A program made the position numbers and the translations under genes. A stretch of DNA of 64,000 nucleotides from Amphiscolops sp. MND2022. Lineage: Eukaryota. The stretch covers positions 61,628,001 through 61,692,000 of the forward strand of contig OZ076412.1 in NCBI GenBank assembly GCA_964187785.1. The letters are read 5' to 3'. Numbering within the stretch: position 1 is the stretch's first letter; each line of letters starts with the position of its first letter. Positions 12,727 to 26,185 of the stretch are shown here, piece by piece. The notes beneath the pieces are model-generated. The model did no database searches, was not told the DNA's origin, and was given only the letters and a program-made list of their open reading frames with translations.

Positions 12727-13575
12727 TGTCGGCGCCAGTCATCAGCAAGCAAAGAAACTCGATTCAGAACATGCTGGTTGGGAAACAAAACTTAAACTCC
12801 TAAAAACTTAGAAGAAATTTTGATGAAAAGTCGAGGGGGAAAAATCGAAAACCCCCCCAGGCGGGATTTTCTCGACAACTCTAAGTTCTATAGCCACGAA
12901 ACTTAGCACACACACGCAAGTATCTAACACCAACACACCGGCGAAGTTTCAAGGTCATTCATCTATTATAACCCCCTTTACCCCTCACATGTGTGGTATT
13001 CAAGATCATTGAGACTAAAATGTACACTTTGTTATTTACCTTCATGACCATACTACAATGTAACTCTGTTGAAATCAGTGTTATTTACATTGTGTAAACA
13101 TGCTTTAGAGCCCACCTAACCAACATGCTATACCAACACTATGGTTTGTTTACATAGCCAATAACTTTAATAATTCACTTAAATGTCATTTATTTATACT
13201 TCATATTTTGACTTATATTTACTGTAGAATTGAAAACGATATGTATACCATAACTAGTTAGGCTCAAATTGATTGGAAAGCTGTATTAAAGTCGGGTCTC
13301 AGGACCACACATATTCTCAATTCGTACTTCACCTCTTTTCGACTTTTCATCAAAGACTTAGGGCGATTAAGTTAGCTACTCTCAACTTGTGGAGAGTTGG
13401 ACGTGTTAAGAGACAAGGCAGAAGTGCAATTCGGGATCATTATATCCTACTAAGTCACGATACAGTCCTTTTAATCTAAGAAGCAAGCAGTGTTCGGTAA
13501 CGATCCGCAGTGCCGAGCACCGATTTCAGGGCGGCGTAAAGTTTGGTCAACTGAAGGGATCAAGCAGCCGATACA
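12727..13575 (+). repeat. 3' LTR of Bel/Pao copy 2
   Basis: TGTCGGCGCC...CCGATACA followed by TSD AAGCG. Confidence 0.95.
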
Positions 13576-16500
13576 AAGCGGTAGCCACAAAATACTGGAC
13601 GGAGGCATAAGCATTGATTCTCCTGACATGTTAGGTACCGCTCAAGGCTTGAGGAGGATGCCCTTATTCGCTTAGATCAACTTCAGAAAAACCTCGCCAG
13701 GAAACAAAACTCTCACCTCAGTAATCTCAACTCCAAAATCTAAGCTAAGTTCGACGTTGAGGCAACCCTTGAAGACGACATCTTACGGTCAGAAGAAATC
13801 GATGACAAATTGGTTCAACAACTCGACCAAACAGATTGCTTCATCAAATGCAACACCTTAGCCGCATCAACTTCAACATCATCATCTCTACCGACATCCA
13901 CAAGAAGCACCATCTTCAACAACAACCACGATACCCAAGCTAGATCTGTCGATATTCTCTGGAGATTACCTCACCTGGGCATCGTTTTTCGATCTCTTTA
14001 AAGGAGAGCTGTTCACAACAACTCAACACTTCGCGACAGCCAGTAACTACCATATCTCAAAGCGACTTCGAGAGGCGACGCAACAAAACTTTTATCATCG
14101 GTAACAATTTTTGATGCTAAGTTTACAGTCGCTCTAAAGTTGTTACGAGACTGCTATCAAAACAACCGCAAGATATTTTGCAATCATGTGAAGGCAATGG
14201 TTGTCAAAAAGCAGCTCCGAGAAAGCAGCCAAAGACGTTCGACAGTTTTTGGTAACAGTAGAAGGGCACAGTCAGTAGAAAACGGTCAATGCAATTTGAA
14301 GCATCATACACTCTTTCATCCACAATGCTCTTGACTATTTAGATCCGTCAAAAACACAATTGGAGACAACAACACGGATCGCGTGGCTGAAGAAGCTCCC
14401 GTTGCAACAACGCCGTCGCGGCCAGAAAATTATATCATTACCACTTCAGTTTTTCAACAAAGAACCTGAACCAAATTTCTGCAAACAACAATGATTCCCA
14501 TCTTGGCAAATGGTGAAACCACCTCGTGCCGAACACTTTTGAAGTCAGGTTCACAAATGAATTCCGGCTCCTTTGTAATGTGAAAATTCACTAATGATCT
14601 GCCTTTGTCCGCTGTCTTAACAACTCTTGGAAGCATCTCCCGAACCTACGACTTGCCGACTCAACGTTCAACCTACCATCAGAAGTTGATCTCAATCTTG
14701 GAGCAGAGTTGTACGGAACCATCATGTTGGGTACCCGAATCAAAGCAAACATTACTACAACCTACTGTACATCTAGGTTTAGTTGAGTTGTCATTAGAGA
14801 ATTGCATTCAGAGCCGATTCAATCGCTCACAACATGATTCAGCTCAATGAATTTGATTCCAGAACATACCTTTAAAACATTTTGGAAACAGGAGTGCTTC
14901 CAGAAGGTCGCCACTTCACCAAAGAAGAACAAGCCTGGGAAGAACACTCCCAGTGAACGACCATACGTACCCAAGATGGACAGTTCGCTGTCAAACTACC
15001 CTTCAAGGAAAATCCACACCTCTCGGAAATTCCTTCCAACAAGCGAAACGCTGTCCCGACACACTTCTTTGACGACCTATTTTAGATGAAAATCTCTAAG
15101 CGAGATACGCAGGCCTCATCAAGGACTTCTTGGATCTGGCACTTGAAAAGAAGATTCCGAAATCCCCATCGAACCCAGTAAAAGCTTCTACCTGCCTCAC
15201 CATTGTGTTCTGAAGAAACCAAGCACCACAACAAAACTTCGTGAAGGTTGTGACGCTTTGGCGAAAACAACATCCGGAGTGTCACTCAACGATAATGTGA
15301 TGCTCGTTCCAGACATCCAAAAGGATCTTTTGGAGTTCTTGATCAGATTCCGTTTTCACAAAATGGCTTTTTCAGCCAACATCGCCAAAATGTACCGCCA
15401 AAAACTCCTCGATAAAGAAGATAAGGACTTAAACATACTGCTGCTGAAGGAATCGCCGTCATCTCCGTTGAAATTTTACCGCATGAACCGCAACACATAT
15501 GCTGTGACATCTGCCGAGGTCCATGTCATACGACCCCTCTCACTGCAAGTCTAGACAATCGAGCAGCCTCTTGCCCTTTTCGTGCTAACGTTCGACACGT
15601 ATGTCGACGACCTACTAAGCAGAGTTCCCATCGAACATCTTGCCACAGCTGGTTTCCAACTTCGCAAGTGGTCCTCAAGTGACGACGTCACCTACTTCAT
15701 CTTCACGCACGACGTCAATTCATGAGAACAATCCCTGCAGACCAAACAAAAAATTCTGTCCGGAGTTATCTGCACCTTCGCCCTTTGGGTCTTCTCTCGC
15801 CAACCGCATCCACTTGCAGTCATTTATACAAGCTCTTTGGTTAGATCAATTGCGCTGGAACGACCCACTGAATCCGAATTTTGTCAACAGTATCAGTATC
15901 TCTGTCACCATCTCAACTCAATCGAAGAAGTCCAGATTCCGAGGTGCGTTCTGAATAAGAACACGACTTTCAGAGAAAAATCTCTTTAACATCACGTCTT
16001 TTAAGACGCCTCAAAAACTGCCTACGCTGCAACCGTGTACAGCTGTCAGTTGATCTGTCAAGGAGACTTCAGGTGTCAGCTCCTCGTGGCCAAAGCCACA
16101 GTGGTCCTATCAAAAATTTTTGTGTTCCAAGACTAGAACTCTGTGAAGACTGTTTGGGAGCACACTTTGTTCAACCCAGCAGAAACGCTCTCCAAGACAA
16201 GAGATTCTCGAACTTTGAAGTCTTTGCTTGGACTGATTGCACCGTAACTTTGGCTTGAATAAAAAATCATTCGAGTTTCGTTGGAAAACCTTCGTCGCCA
16301 ACCGCGTAGCGAAGATCCGAAGAGCGGTCCCAGTTGGAAATTGGAACGATGTTCCCACTGACTCCAACCCATCTGACTGCTTCCGACCTGCAAACAACAA
16401 AAAAATTCAACACATTTCGATTCACAAGCAACCCTCGACAACAACGACCACTTTGTTGAAGAGAACGAACCAGATGACAAAGACGAAGATGAATACGAAG

Positions 16501-17840
16501 AAGAAAAAGAAGCATCAAATCCATTGAAACCTCCTGAAATCAAATCACCAGCAAGCCATTTCATCCGCAAACTTGAAGGTTACAAAGTCCCAAAGGACAC
16601 CGATAGTCAAATTCTCACAGCCACGAACAAATCTTCCAGCTTTAAGAAGCTTGTCGAAGTGTTTGCATTTGTCCTTTGGTTTGTTTTTGGTCTGAAACAA
16701 ACCAATAGGCCGAAAGAAGAGAGAAGAATTCGTCGTCCATCATTCACAAACCGATACCAATCCAGTCTGCCGACGAACTTGAAAACACTAGACTACCTAT
16801 AAAGTCTTGATCAAGCTAAATGTTTGCCCCGCAAGAGCTCACTAAAAGAAAACCAAGTTCTCCGAGTTGGTGGACGCATAGCAATTACCAACTGGATTTC
16901 AAGTTCTCCATCATTGTTCCTCGACAGTCAGTTATCATCGCACCACTGGTCCGCGAAACACATCTCCATTGCCTCCACGGAGGTTTGGCAACTGACGTTG
17001 TCAACCTTACGACAAACCGTCTGCAAATCAAATCGTACACGTATCGTACAATCAACATTTCGACGATACCCTCAATGCATCAGTTTCAATAGCCGCCAAC
17101 GCTAATAGTTAATAAGAGATCTACCCGAGCAACGTATATTACCTCCATCCTCAGCCTTCACCTACATCCAACTCGACTACTGTGGGCCAATTACGACATA
17201 ATCGAAAATCAAAAAATCCTTCTTCTTTGTCTTTCAACAGAAGCAGTGCATTTGGAGCCAGTCGAAACCCTTAATAAAGAATCCTGCCTCCCCATCCTAC
17301 AACGCTTTTTCGACCGTCGTGGCTTGCCTCAAGCAGTCTACAGCGACAATTCGCGTTCCTTCACGGAAAGTCATACTGAGCTTGAACTACAAAAATGCTA
17401 GCTGAACAGAAGGTCAACGACGCTCTGGAACCTTTTGTTGCTTATCGCAAGATTCAATGGCTCACAATATCACCACGTTCTAACCATTTCAGTGGCCTGT
17501 GGGAAGCAGCAGTCAAATCCTTGAAACAGCATCTGATGAAGACAACTGGAAACACTACGGTACCCCTAGACGAATTGAAAACGCTGCTGAACCAGATCGA
17601 AGACTAAAAAAATTAGTACAGTTCCATCCAACGATCCCAACGACTTTTCGGCTTTCACGCCAGCTCATCGTCTAATCGGACGCCAACTACTATCTGTTCC
17701 CAATATTGAGCTACCCGATTCTGCTTGACTTATCGCTCGTTCGAAAGTTTCAGTAACGTCAACACGCCATGAACCTCCTCTGGAAGCGATGGTCTAACGA
17801 ATACCTAACAACGCTACAGCAACGAGAGAAGAAAACAGAA

Positions 17841-19597
17841 TGTCGCAGGCTGTCGCCTGTGACGGCACATTAATAACGACGTCAGCGGAAAATCAAGAAA
17901 TCGTCCCAGGTACCCTACCCACGTTTTAAGCTTTCCCTTGCTGAAACTTATATTTATTTGTTAATCACATTCATTTTTGTTTATTCAAGTGCAATTTTAT
18001 ATAATTGTCCGTGATATTAGTCTGTTAAAATTACGATTTGGAGCTATCCAAATCAGGTTGTAATTTGAGATTTTTAAAGGAAGTTTTGCTGTATTACGAA
18101 TAGAGTATTGAAATTTGATCAAAGCTGTAACGTACAATAAGCAGGTTAATCGCGAGAAGGAAACGTGTTCAAGTAAGAAAACGTCCTTTCTCGGCAATGT
18201 AACTTTCAGTACGATTATTAGCCAATCAGAGCTTTCCTTTTGCTAATTATGGGTGCTTTATTTATGATGGCCGGATAAGGCCAATTGACTAAGCGGTGCT
18301 AATTCATATCAGTCCCTCAGTCAAATGGACGGTTTCGGCCAATTCAAGCATAATAATACCTTTGTTGCCTAATTGAATCAATACTTACGCGGAGCTATTA
18401 GAATCATGATTTTAGTCTAAATAAATACGTTTGTGGTGTTTTGATGTTTGTATATTTTCAACTTGGATAAAGGGACGGTTGAGGCCTTTTTACCATGTCC
18501 TTCATATGCGCAGTACATGTTATGGATTTGGGCCTATTCCGGCTCTGATATGTGAGTGTATTTTCGTGAATATCGATGCAGTATTAGAATTCCACACATA
18601 GTAGTACATTCCATTTTCAGCTTAATTTGCAGTAAACTTGTGCCGGCACGTGCCTTCATTTTACATCACTATAAAATATGCAAGTGGTGATATTTGTTTA
18701 CATCACACTTGAAGTAGGTCTAACCGATAGATTGTTTGAAGTTGCTACTTAAAATGATGACTCTGAATACCATTCCTTAAATGTCCCCCGGAAATATGTA
18801 ATTGTCGGGGATTTCCCTATGATGATTGTAAAATCCTATGATTTGTCTTGGTCAAAGTATGTAAAAAATGTGTGTGTCATCCTTGCAGAGGTATAAATAC
18901 CCATACCCCTGCAGGAAGGCTCAGACTTTATACTTCTCTCCATTTGATAAAGACGTTCATAATACAAACGGTTTCACTGTTAATTTTCCTTAAATTGATA
19001 ATTCAAGTATTCAACCCGGTTCTGTCTTAATGCCTACTACAAGGAAGCAAAAGAAAGCAAGGAAATCTAGAGGATTAGAAATTCTCTCTGACATTGAAAA
19101 CCTTGACTTAATGTTAGGTGAAAATCATTTCAATGATACGAGAAGAGACGGAAGTCTCGATGGAACTTCCAATAGAAGGCGAGAAAGTATTACAAGTAAT
19201 AACTTGAAAAATGAAGAAATGGATCTTCATTCTGATCATAGAAATCTTGGAGTTGGGACTAGTGCCCGTTACGACCAAAATTCAGCAAGTATAGATTCTC
19301 AAGTTGGGATCAATAAGTTATCGAGTGAATTGAACTCTAGAATATCTAGAGAGATGGACGAGATGATGAACAGTGGTAGTTCTCAGATCCAGAGAGCCAT
19401 AAGTGACGCCATCAATAACCAAGTTTTGCCCCAGATTCAAAACGTTATTATGGACGGATCAGGACAGGAGACTAGAAGGGGATGGGAAAGATCCGATGAG
19501 AGACCGGAAAGTTATTCCGAAGTTCAGTACAACGCGAAAGCTAAAACTTCTCTTAATAGTGATCATGGTGACAAAACATACCGTAATGAACCTGACA
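17841..19597 (+). repeat. 5' LTR of the Gypsy element (1757 bp)
   Basis: Direct repeat of 32068-33808; ends CCTGACA and is followed directly by TGGTCACAGG. Confidence 0.95.
18890..18899 (+). promoter_or_regulatory. TATA box in the Gypsy LTR (GGTATAAATA)
   Basis: About 130 nt upstream of the gag ATG; also at 33101-33110, 3361-3370 and (minus) 61568-61577. Confidence 0.7.
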
Positions 19598-20724
19598 TGG
19601 TCACAGGAGTCAACGAATCTCCAAATCAAGTTCCTGAGTTTCTCACAGGACGAATCTCATCCAGAAATCATCTCGACAGGTCTTTTGAGGACATCAACCT
19701 CGACACGACGATCCCAGCACAAAAGAGAATCGCTACGGCTGCTGACTCCGACCCCATCACTCGACTGGCAGAAGTCTTGACTACAATGCAGAATAGACCG
19801 ACAGCCCAACAACTCACCATACGCCCAGTCAACTCAAATACCATGACATTCGATGGCAAAAGTGAAAAATTCGAGCTGTTCGAAGACCTATTTCACACTA
19901 TGATCAAGATGCAGCCAGAAATGACTGAGCAAATGAAGATCAATCACTTCCACTCTCTATTGAGGAAGAATGCTCTTCAGACATTCAGAAACATCAGCTC
20001 AAGCAACCGACAAACTCTAGAGGACGTATTAGTCATCTTTAGACGAAAATACGTCAAGCCCGAGTCACAGGCGACTGCCAAACGTAAATGGCACCGTCTG
20101 GTCTTCGATCCCAATACGATGAAGCTGCCTGATTTTCTAAAAAAATTAAACCAGGGAGCCGAGAAGGCGTTTGGTGATCATGCACAGAAAATGATTGGCA
20201 GCTTGCTTTACGCAAAGCTGCCACCTAAGCTGAAGCGGTCTGTCAACATGGCAAGATTAGAAAATGGCTCATATGATGAAATTGTTGCTCATTTGGAGAG
20301 AGAGTTGGAACTCAACGCCCTTGAGGAATCAGATGACCTACCAATGGCCACAATGACCTCCTCGACTACAAAATCCAAAACTCCTCTGTCCACTGGGCAA
20401 ATGTCAGACATTATTTGCAATTATTGCAAGCAAAAGGGCCATATGGTCAAGGACTGCGAAAAACTCAAAAAGAAAAAAGAAAAAGATGCACAGCAAGGCA
20501 AACAAACACAGAAGAAAACGTATCCGGAGTGTGGCACTTGTGGTAAAAAGAACCACCCGGAAGAAAGATGCTGGCAAGGTGCTGGTGCGCATCTCAAACC
20601 CAAACGCACCAGACCAGATGACGCCAATGACGGTAAGCCCACTTCAAAGGCCCAGAAACAGCAAAATAGGCCAACATCTTCAAACTCACAATCCTCATCC
20701 TCTAATGATGAGTCAAAAAACTAA
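19030..20724 (+). CDS. gag: Gypsy Gag, 564 aa; the first ~189 codons lie inside the 5' LTR
   Basis: Uninterrupted ORF; FDGKSEKFELFEDLF capsid-like region; two knuckles CNYCKQKGHMVKDC and CGTCGKKNHPEERC. Confidence 0.93.
   Translation: MPTTRKQKKARKSRGLEILSDIENLDLMLGENHFNDTRRDGSLDGTSNRRRESITSNNLKNEEMDLHSDHRNLGVGTSARYDQNSASIDSQVGINKLSSELNSRISREMDEMMNSGSSQIQRAISDAINNQVLPQIQNVIMDGSGQETRRGWERSDERPESYSEVQYNAKAKTSLNSDHGDKTYRNEPDMVTGVNESPNQVPEFLTGRISSRNHLDRSFEDINLDTTIPAQKRIATAADSDPITRLAEVLTTMQNRPTAQQLTIRPVNSNTMTFDGKSEKFELFEDLFHTMIKMQPEMTEQMKINHFHSLLRKNALQTFRNISSSNRQTLEDVLVIFRRKYVKPESQATAKRKWHRLVFDPNTMKLPDFLKKLNQGAEKAFGDHAQKMIGSLLYAKLPPKLKRSVNMARLENGSYDEIVAHLERELELNALEESDDLPMATMTSSTTKSKTPLSTGQMSDIICNYCKQKGHMVKDCEKLKKKKEKDAQQGKQTQKKTYPECGTCGKKNHPEERCWQGAGAHLKPKRTRPDDANDGKPTSKAQKQQNRPTSSNSQSSSSNDESKN
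19598..19609 (+). promoter_or_regulatory. Putative primer-binding site TGGTCACAGGAG (inside the gag ORF, codons M-V-T-G)
   Basis: TGG directly after the LTR-terminal CA. Confidence 0.6.
20715..20721 (+). promoter_or_regulatory. -1 ribosomal frameshift slippery site A AAA AAC
   Basis: Canonical X XXY YYZ heptamer in gag phase just before the gag TAA; the -1 frame is the pol frame (K-L-T-L-P-Q-L...). Confidence 0.8.
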
Positions 20725-20726
20725 CT

Positions 20727-23700
20727 TTGCCACAACTCCAATACAACGAACTGATATCCGTCCGCCAATACATCAGGTCGGATCCTCCAACAAAAACTTT
20801 TCATCAGTATACACAACAATTTATGGGCTATCCCTCTGTTGTCTGGCAGCAACAGATGGACAAAGCTATCACCATCACCTATAACAACACCCATTTTTTC
20901 CAAAAACCAATTCCTGTTTGGGACCCTGATTACACCACCACCTTTAATACCCAATTCAGGCCCATTCCCGTAGTCGATAACTACAATCCAACGTATATCG
21001 ATCAAGACTACGGCAGAGATCCCTTTTGGGACACCGAGATCTATAATCAAGAACTATTACAATTTCAATACGTTCTAGATGATATTGAACACTACAATCG
21101 GACAGTCCACAAGAACCCTCCAATCACCCACAAAAAGAAGACCAGAGCATTAATTGAAAACTGGCAAATGAATGATGGCACAAACCATCCAGTGTTCCCA
21201 AACCCATTGGGGACCGAGACCCATGACAACAATGTAGAACCCATACCACAATCATTGCTAGACGAGAAACAGTTCCAAAATGTCTTAATCACTAGAGACG
21301 GTGAACCAGACTGTATACCCCTGTCAACCAACATCAACCTCAAATGCAAAAAACGCATGTTGTATTTCCCAATGGACTTTGGGGAATTGACCATTGACGG
21401 ACTCATTGACACTGGAGCGCTGTCCAGTGCAATTCCTGAATTGGACCTCCGGAAAATTCGACTTTTATCTCCACAATCCGTTACCCGGGAAGGTCCGCCT
21501 CCGAATTTCCAAATAATGGTGGCTAATGGGCAATTGGAAACTCCTAAGAGTACAATAAAGCTCAAATTTGAAGTTGGTGACATCGAGTTTCACGAGATTT
21601 TCATAGTGATGGAACATCTGACAGGTCCGATCATTGGACTAATGTTCCTTCAAAGAAACCATACAGTTCTGGACATGCGACAAGGGATACTGAATTTCCC
21701 GTTCTTTTCGATGCAGCTCAAAACGGCTGACCATAAGTATTCAAATGTATTAGAACCAATCCTCAACCCTATTGAGATAAGTATTCCACCAAATGATAAA
21801 GTCCTAATTAGGACCAATTCCCTACTCCACCCTGAGAATGCTGTCACTGGAATTTTGCAACCGAGCGACCTTCTACATGAAGAAGGCGACATCACATTTT
21901 GCCCAGCTTTGGTCACTCTGAATGACGGCAATATATTGATACCAGTGAACAATTTCACAGACCACCCTTATAAACTCAAAAAAGGACTTCATATTGCCAA
22001 TTTCTCTGTCATGACGCCAGAACAGATGAAGTATGTCAAACCGGTAGATCCGGCATCAACCTGGCACCTTTTGCAGAATGACCAGGAGCAGGCAGCCCAC
22101 TATGTCAGCAATCTCATCAAGACCAATAGAAATCCACAAAACTCCGAAAGTTATTGGTTCCCGACTCCAGAAAATCCTGGAAATCCTGAGGAACACACAC
22201 CTATACAAAAACGAATCCTTCGAGAATTACAGGCCCTACAAGACCTGGAGACACTTGACCCCACCAAAGATGAGGAATCGCGTGCAAAATTCTTAGAAAA
22301 CTTCGATTGGAAAGATTCCACTCTTACTCCTGAAGAGAAGAAGAAAATTGAGGAATTGTTAGTGGAATTCCATGACATTTTTGCACGACACCGATTTGAT
22401 GTAGGCATGATTGAGGAATTCAAGGTGAAATAGACGCCTAAGGACGATTCCCCAGCCTTTAGTCAAAACCTTCCAGCTTCTATCAACTTGAAGGAGGACA
22501 TCCTAGTTGAATTAGCCATGTTACACAAATATGGCATAATAACTACACTGCCATTTTCGAAATATGCGAGTCCAATATTTGCACAAAAGAAACCGAATGG
22601 GAAACTCCGACTCTTGGTTGACTTGAGAAAAATCAACAATTTCATCTCGGATGATTATATCAACAATAATCACCCCGTCAGTACACTAGTTGATGCCGCC
22701 CAACACTTGGCAGGCAAAAAACTGTTCTGTAAATTAGACTGTTCGCAGGCATATCACTGCCTACTAATGGCCGACCAACGTTCAATCGAAATGTTGGCTT
22801 TCAATTTTGCCAGTCGCACATTCGCCTACAGAAGTTTGGCACAAGGCCTTAGCCGGTCACTATCCGCATTCTCGAGTTTCATGAGGGAATACCTCGACAA
22901 AGTCATTAAAGCGGATCAGTGTGCCCAGTATGTGGATGATATCGGCATCGCAGCCAATGATGTTGATCACCTCATGACGAACCTGAGAGCTACGTTCAAA
23001 TGCATTCAGGAAGCAGGCCTTAAGTTAACAATGCACAAATGTCACTTCGGTGCAAAAGAAATTGATTTTCTCGGACGGACGATTACCCCACAAGGCGTCA
23101 AACCCCAGAAACAGAATGTGCAAAACTTTCTGGAAAAGACTAAATTTCCGAAGTCGAAAAAGGCTTTACAGCGCTATTTGGGATTCCTAAACTATTACAG
23201 GAATTATGTCCCAAGACTCTCCGAACGCCTTGCCCTATTCTACAAGATGCTCAAAAGTGACGAAAAGGTCCTAGTATCGAAAGAATTAGTCCAACAATTC
23301 GAAGAAATCAATAGAGCACTAGACAAATGTTGCGACTTCGCCCTACAGCAACCCATTCCGAACAAGCAAATAGCACTAATGACTAATGCAAGTTTTGGTG
23401 CAGCCGGGTACGAGGTCCTAATTGAAGACGACCCAAGCCAGAAAATTACATCACTCAGGAAATCGTATGCACCGGTCGCATATGGATCAAAAACTTTCAC
23501 CCCAGCAGAGATCAAGATGTCAATTTATGCCAAGGAATTCCTTGCAATTTATTTTGCATTCAAAGATATCGGACATATCTTCTGGGGTGCGCCGAAACCG
23601 GTCATCATCCCTACGGACAACAAAGCTGTCACGAAATTTTCCAAACGAAAATAATACCCCCAGCCCTGTGGAACGCGTGTGATTATGTCATTTAGTTCAA

Positions 23701-25921
23701 TTTTGTCATAGCACACATCCCAGGGGCACAAAATACAGCTGCCGACTATTTGTCCCGATTGGAAGCAGATCCGAAGGACAAGTTGGAGATGAAAATTCGC
23801 GAAGATGTACAAACACTACCAATCGAAATCAATGTCCAATCCGCAGGGGTGTCACAAGAAGAACAAATCTTGTACACCAATGACGACGATGAGACAGAAG
23901 AACAGTATTGGGCAAGAAGAAGCAATCAGGAAAAATCCAGCAACTGATGAACCCACTGTTACTATACAAACTCTGTCATCAAATCGGGTCAAGCAACACC
24001 CCGATATACAAGTCCGATTGAGGAAAACGAACCAGATCAATATCGAGCAATCCAAAAATGCAGTACTACAACAATTGAAAGCAAAACTGCTTCATGAAGA
24101 GTATTCAGAAAATCTACTGCACCAGGATGCCCGATATAGACATTACGCAAACAATCTGGAACGAATTGTTTTAAAGGACGAAATCCTGGCAAGGCAATAT
24201 TTTGATGAAACAGGGAATGTTAAATACCATCAAATTTTGCTCCCGCAACATTTACTCCGGGAATTGCTCCAATCTCTTCACGGGACAGCGCATAAACATC
24301 CTGGGATTTCAAAAATGCTGCAGGAAATTCGACAGAGGTATTACTACCCTAGCATGGCTAAACACGTCAAAAAGTGGGTAGAAGGGTGCGAACAATGTGC
24401 CAGAGACAAAAGAGTCCCTAACGCAACGATCACACCTGAGCTGCTCAACTTGCCCGAATGGGACCTTGGACCTGAAGACGCCATGCAAATCGACCTATTG
24501 CCGAATCTTCCCCCAAGTGGAGGGTATGAAAATGTCCTAACGGCAATTGATGTATTTCCCAGATATTTGTTCGCCTATCCCCTTACGGACGCATCAGCGA
24601 TCAATGTAGCAAAATCGCTCATTGACATCATGACTAAACATTCATATCTACCAACGACTCTTATCACTGATAAAGGTACTGCATTTACTTCTACAATTAT
24701 TGCGGAGGTTACGCAGATTTTGGGCATCACACTCAAATGTTCAACGACAAAACACCCGCAGACAATTGGGAAAATGGAGCGAACTCATGCCTCATTGAAA
24801 ACAAATCTCAAAATGGCATGTGGGGAATATCGCCGACAATAACACAAATACTTGCCATTAGCAGTACTGAATCATAATACTAGTTATCACGCCAGCATCG
24901 GTTGTGAGCCGACGAGGGTATTTCACGGAAGAATTCCATTTAATATCTTGGATCACAAGCTTGGAAATAATCCAAACGAGCAAATCAACAACACAACCGA
25001 ATTTGCTGAAGAAATCCAGAACCGGACAAAAGTCTTGATTGACAAAACGAAGCAGAACATTATGCAGTCGTATATCAAGTACAAAGAATATTATGACCGC
25101 AAAGCAAAAGCCGCTCCACTAAAGTAGAACGAATACTGTTTTGTCTTACAACCGAAAGCGGATAATCAAGGATCAAAAATTCCATTCCGCGATTACCGTT
25201 GGGTTGGACCATTTGTAGTCCAAAAAGTTTTGCCAAATGAAAACTATATAGTACGACGGATCAATACGAACAAAACTCAAATTTTACATCGGATTCGCAT
25301 TATGAAGTTTGTCCCCAATCAACCGCTTGAGGATAATTTCCGAGAACAACAGTTGCAGCCAGACGAAGAAATTGTCATTCCGCAAGATGATTTATACGTC
25401 ATAACGTGGGAAACCGACTTTGGCGAGCAGCTAGTTACACGAGGCAACGAGACTATTCCGACCAGCATGCCGAATGGCGAACGGCCGAATGCGGCAGAAA
25501 CGAATACAAATGACGTGGCCGAGAATGAAGCGGATTACATAATCACGCGAGAAGTACCGAACAACGACAATGCAGCGCACAGCCGGAATAACCGCTTAAA
25601 TGATGACGTCACTGAAAGCAATGAATCTACTGCAGTCACAGAAATTGAAGAATCTGATTGGCCGAATCCGGCCGTTTCCCCAAAAAACCAAGGAAAATCC
25701 TTGCCAAATACGCAGATAGACTGGAAAACGATGAAAATTTTTCAGAAAGAAATTTGACGAATGGAAACGATACACAAAATTCTCCAAACAGGGGGGATGA
25801 TATTATCGTGCCCGAATTATCTGAAAACGATGTTAGAAATGAAAGTCTGAGCCCCAGAGGAGGGAAATATATTCTCAGGCCTAACCCTAACCCAAACTAC
25901 TCAGAAGATTTCAGATACTAA
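20727..25921 (+). pseudogene. pol: Gypsy pol (protease, RT, RNase H, integrase) with several stops and frameshifts
   Basis: LIDTGA protease; QYVDD RT; ALMTNAS and KEFLAI RNase H; HGTAHKH...CEQC zinc finger, QIDLL/TDKG/ERTH integrase. Stops at 22431, 24840 and 25125, among others. Confidence 0.94.
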
Positions 25922-26185
25922 GAATTGAATTCTTCCCGAAAATGGGAGTTCTTTTCTACTATCTTTCTTTTCGTTTTTTTTTCCGGTCCCTCTACTATTT
26001 TTTGAATAACTAATGGGACGAATGATAGACCCCTTTCAAATAAATAAATACAGGGGTTGAAAGATACAAACAACGAAGAAACAAAATCAAGAGCAAATGA
26101 GAAAATAAAGCAATGAAGGAAATGAACAAAGTTTACAGTCTGAAAGTTCATAAATACATATGTACATTTAGTCTTTAGAGGACCC

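Larger units (their letters stand above)
5154..13575 (+). mobile_element. Complete Bel/Pao LTR retrotransposon family A, copy 2 (8422 bp), coding-defective
   Basis: Paired ~850-bp LTRs with TG...CA ends, 5-bp TSD AAGCG at 5149-5153 and 13576-13580, order gag-PR-RT-RH-IN. Confidence 0.96.
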
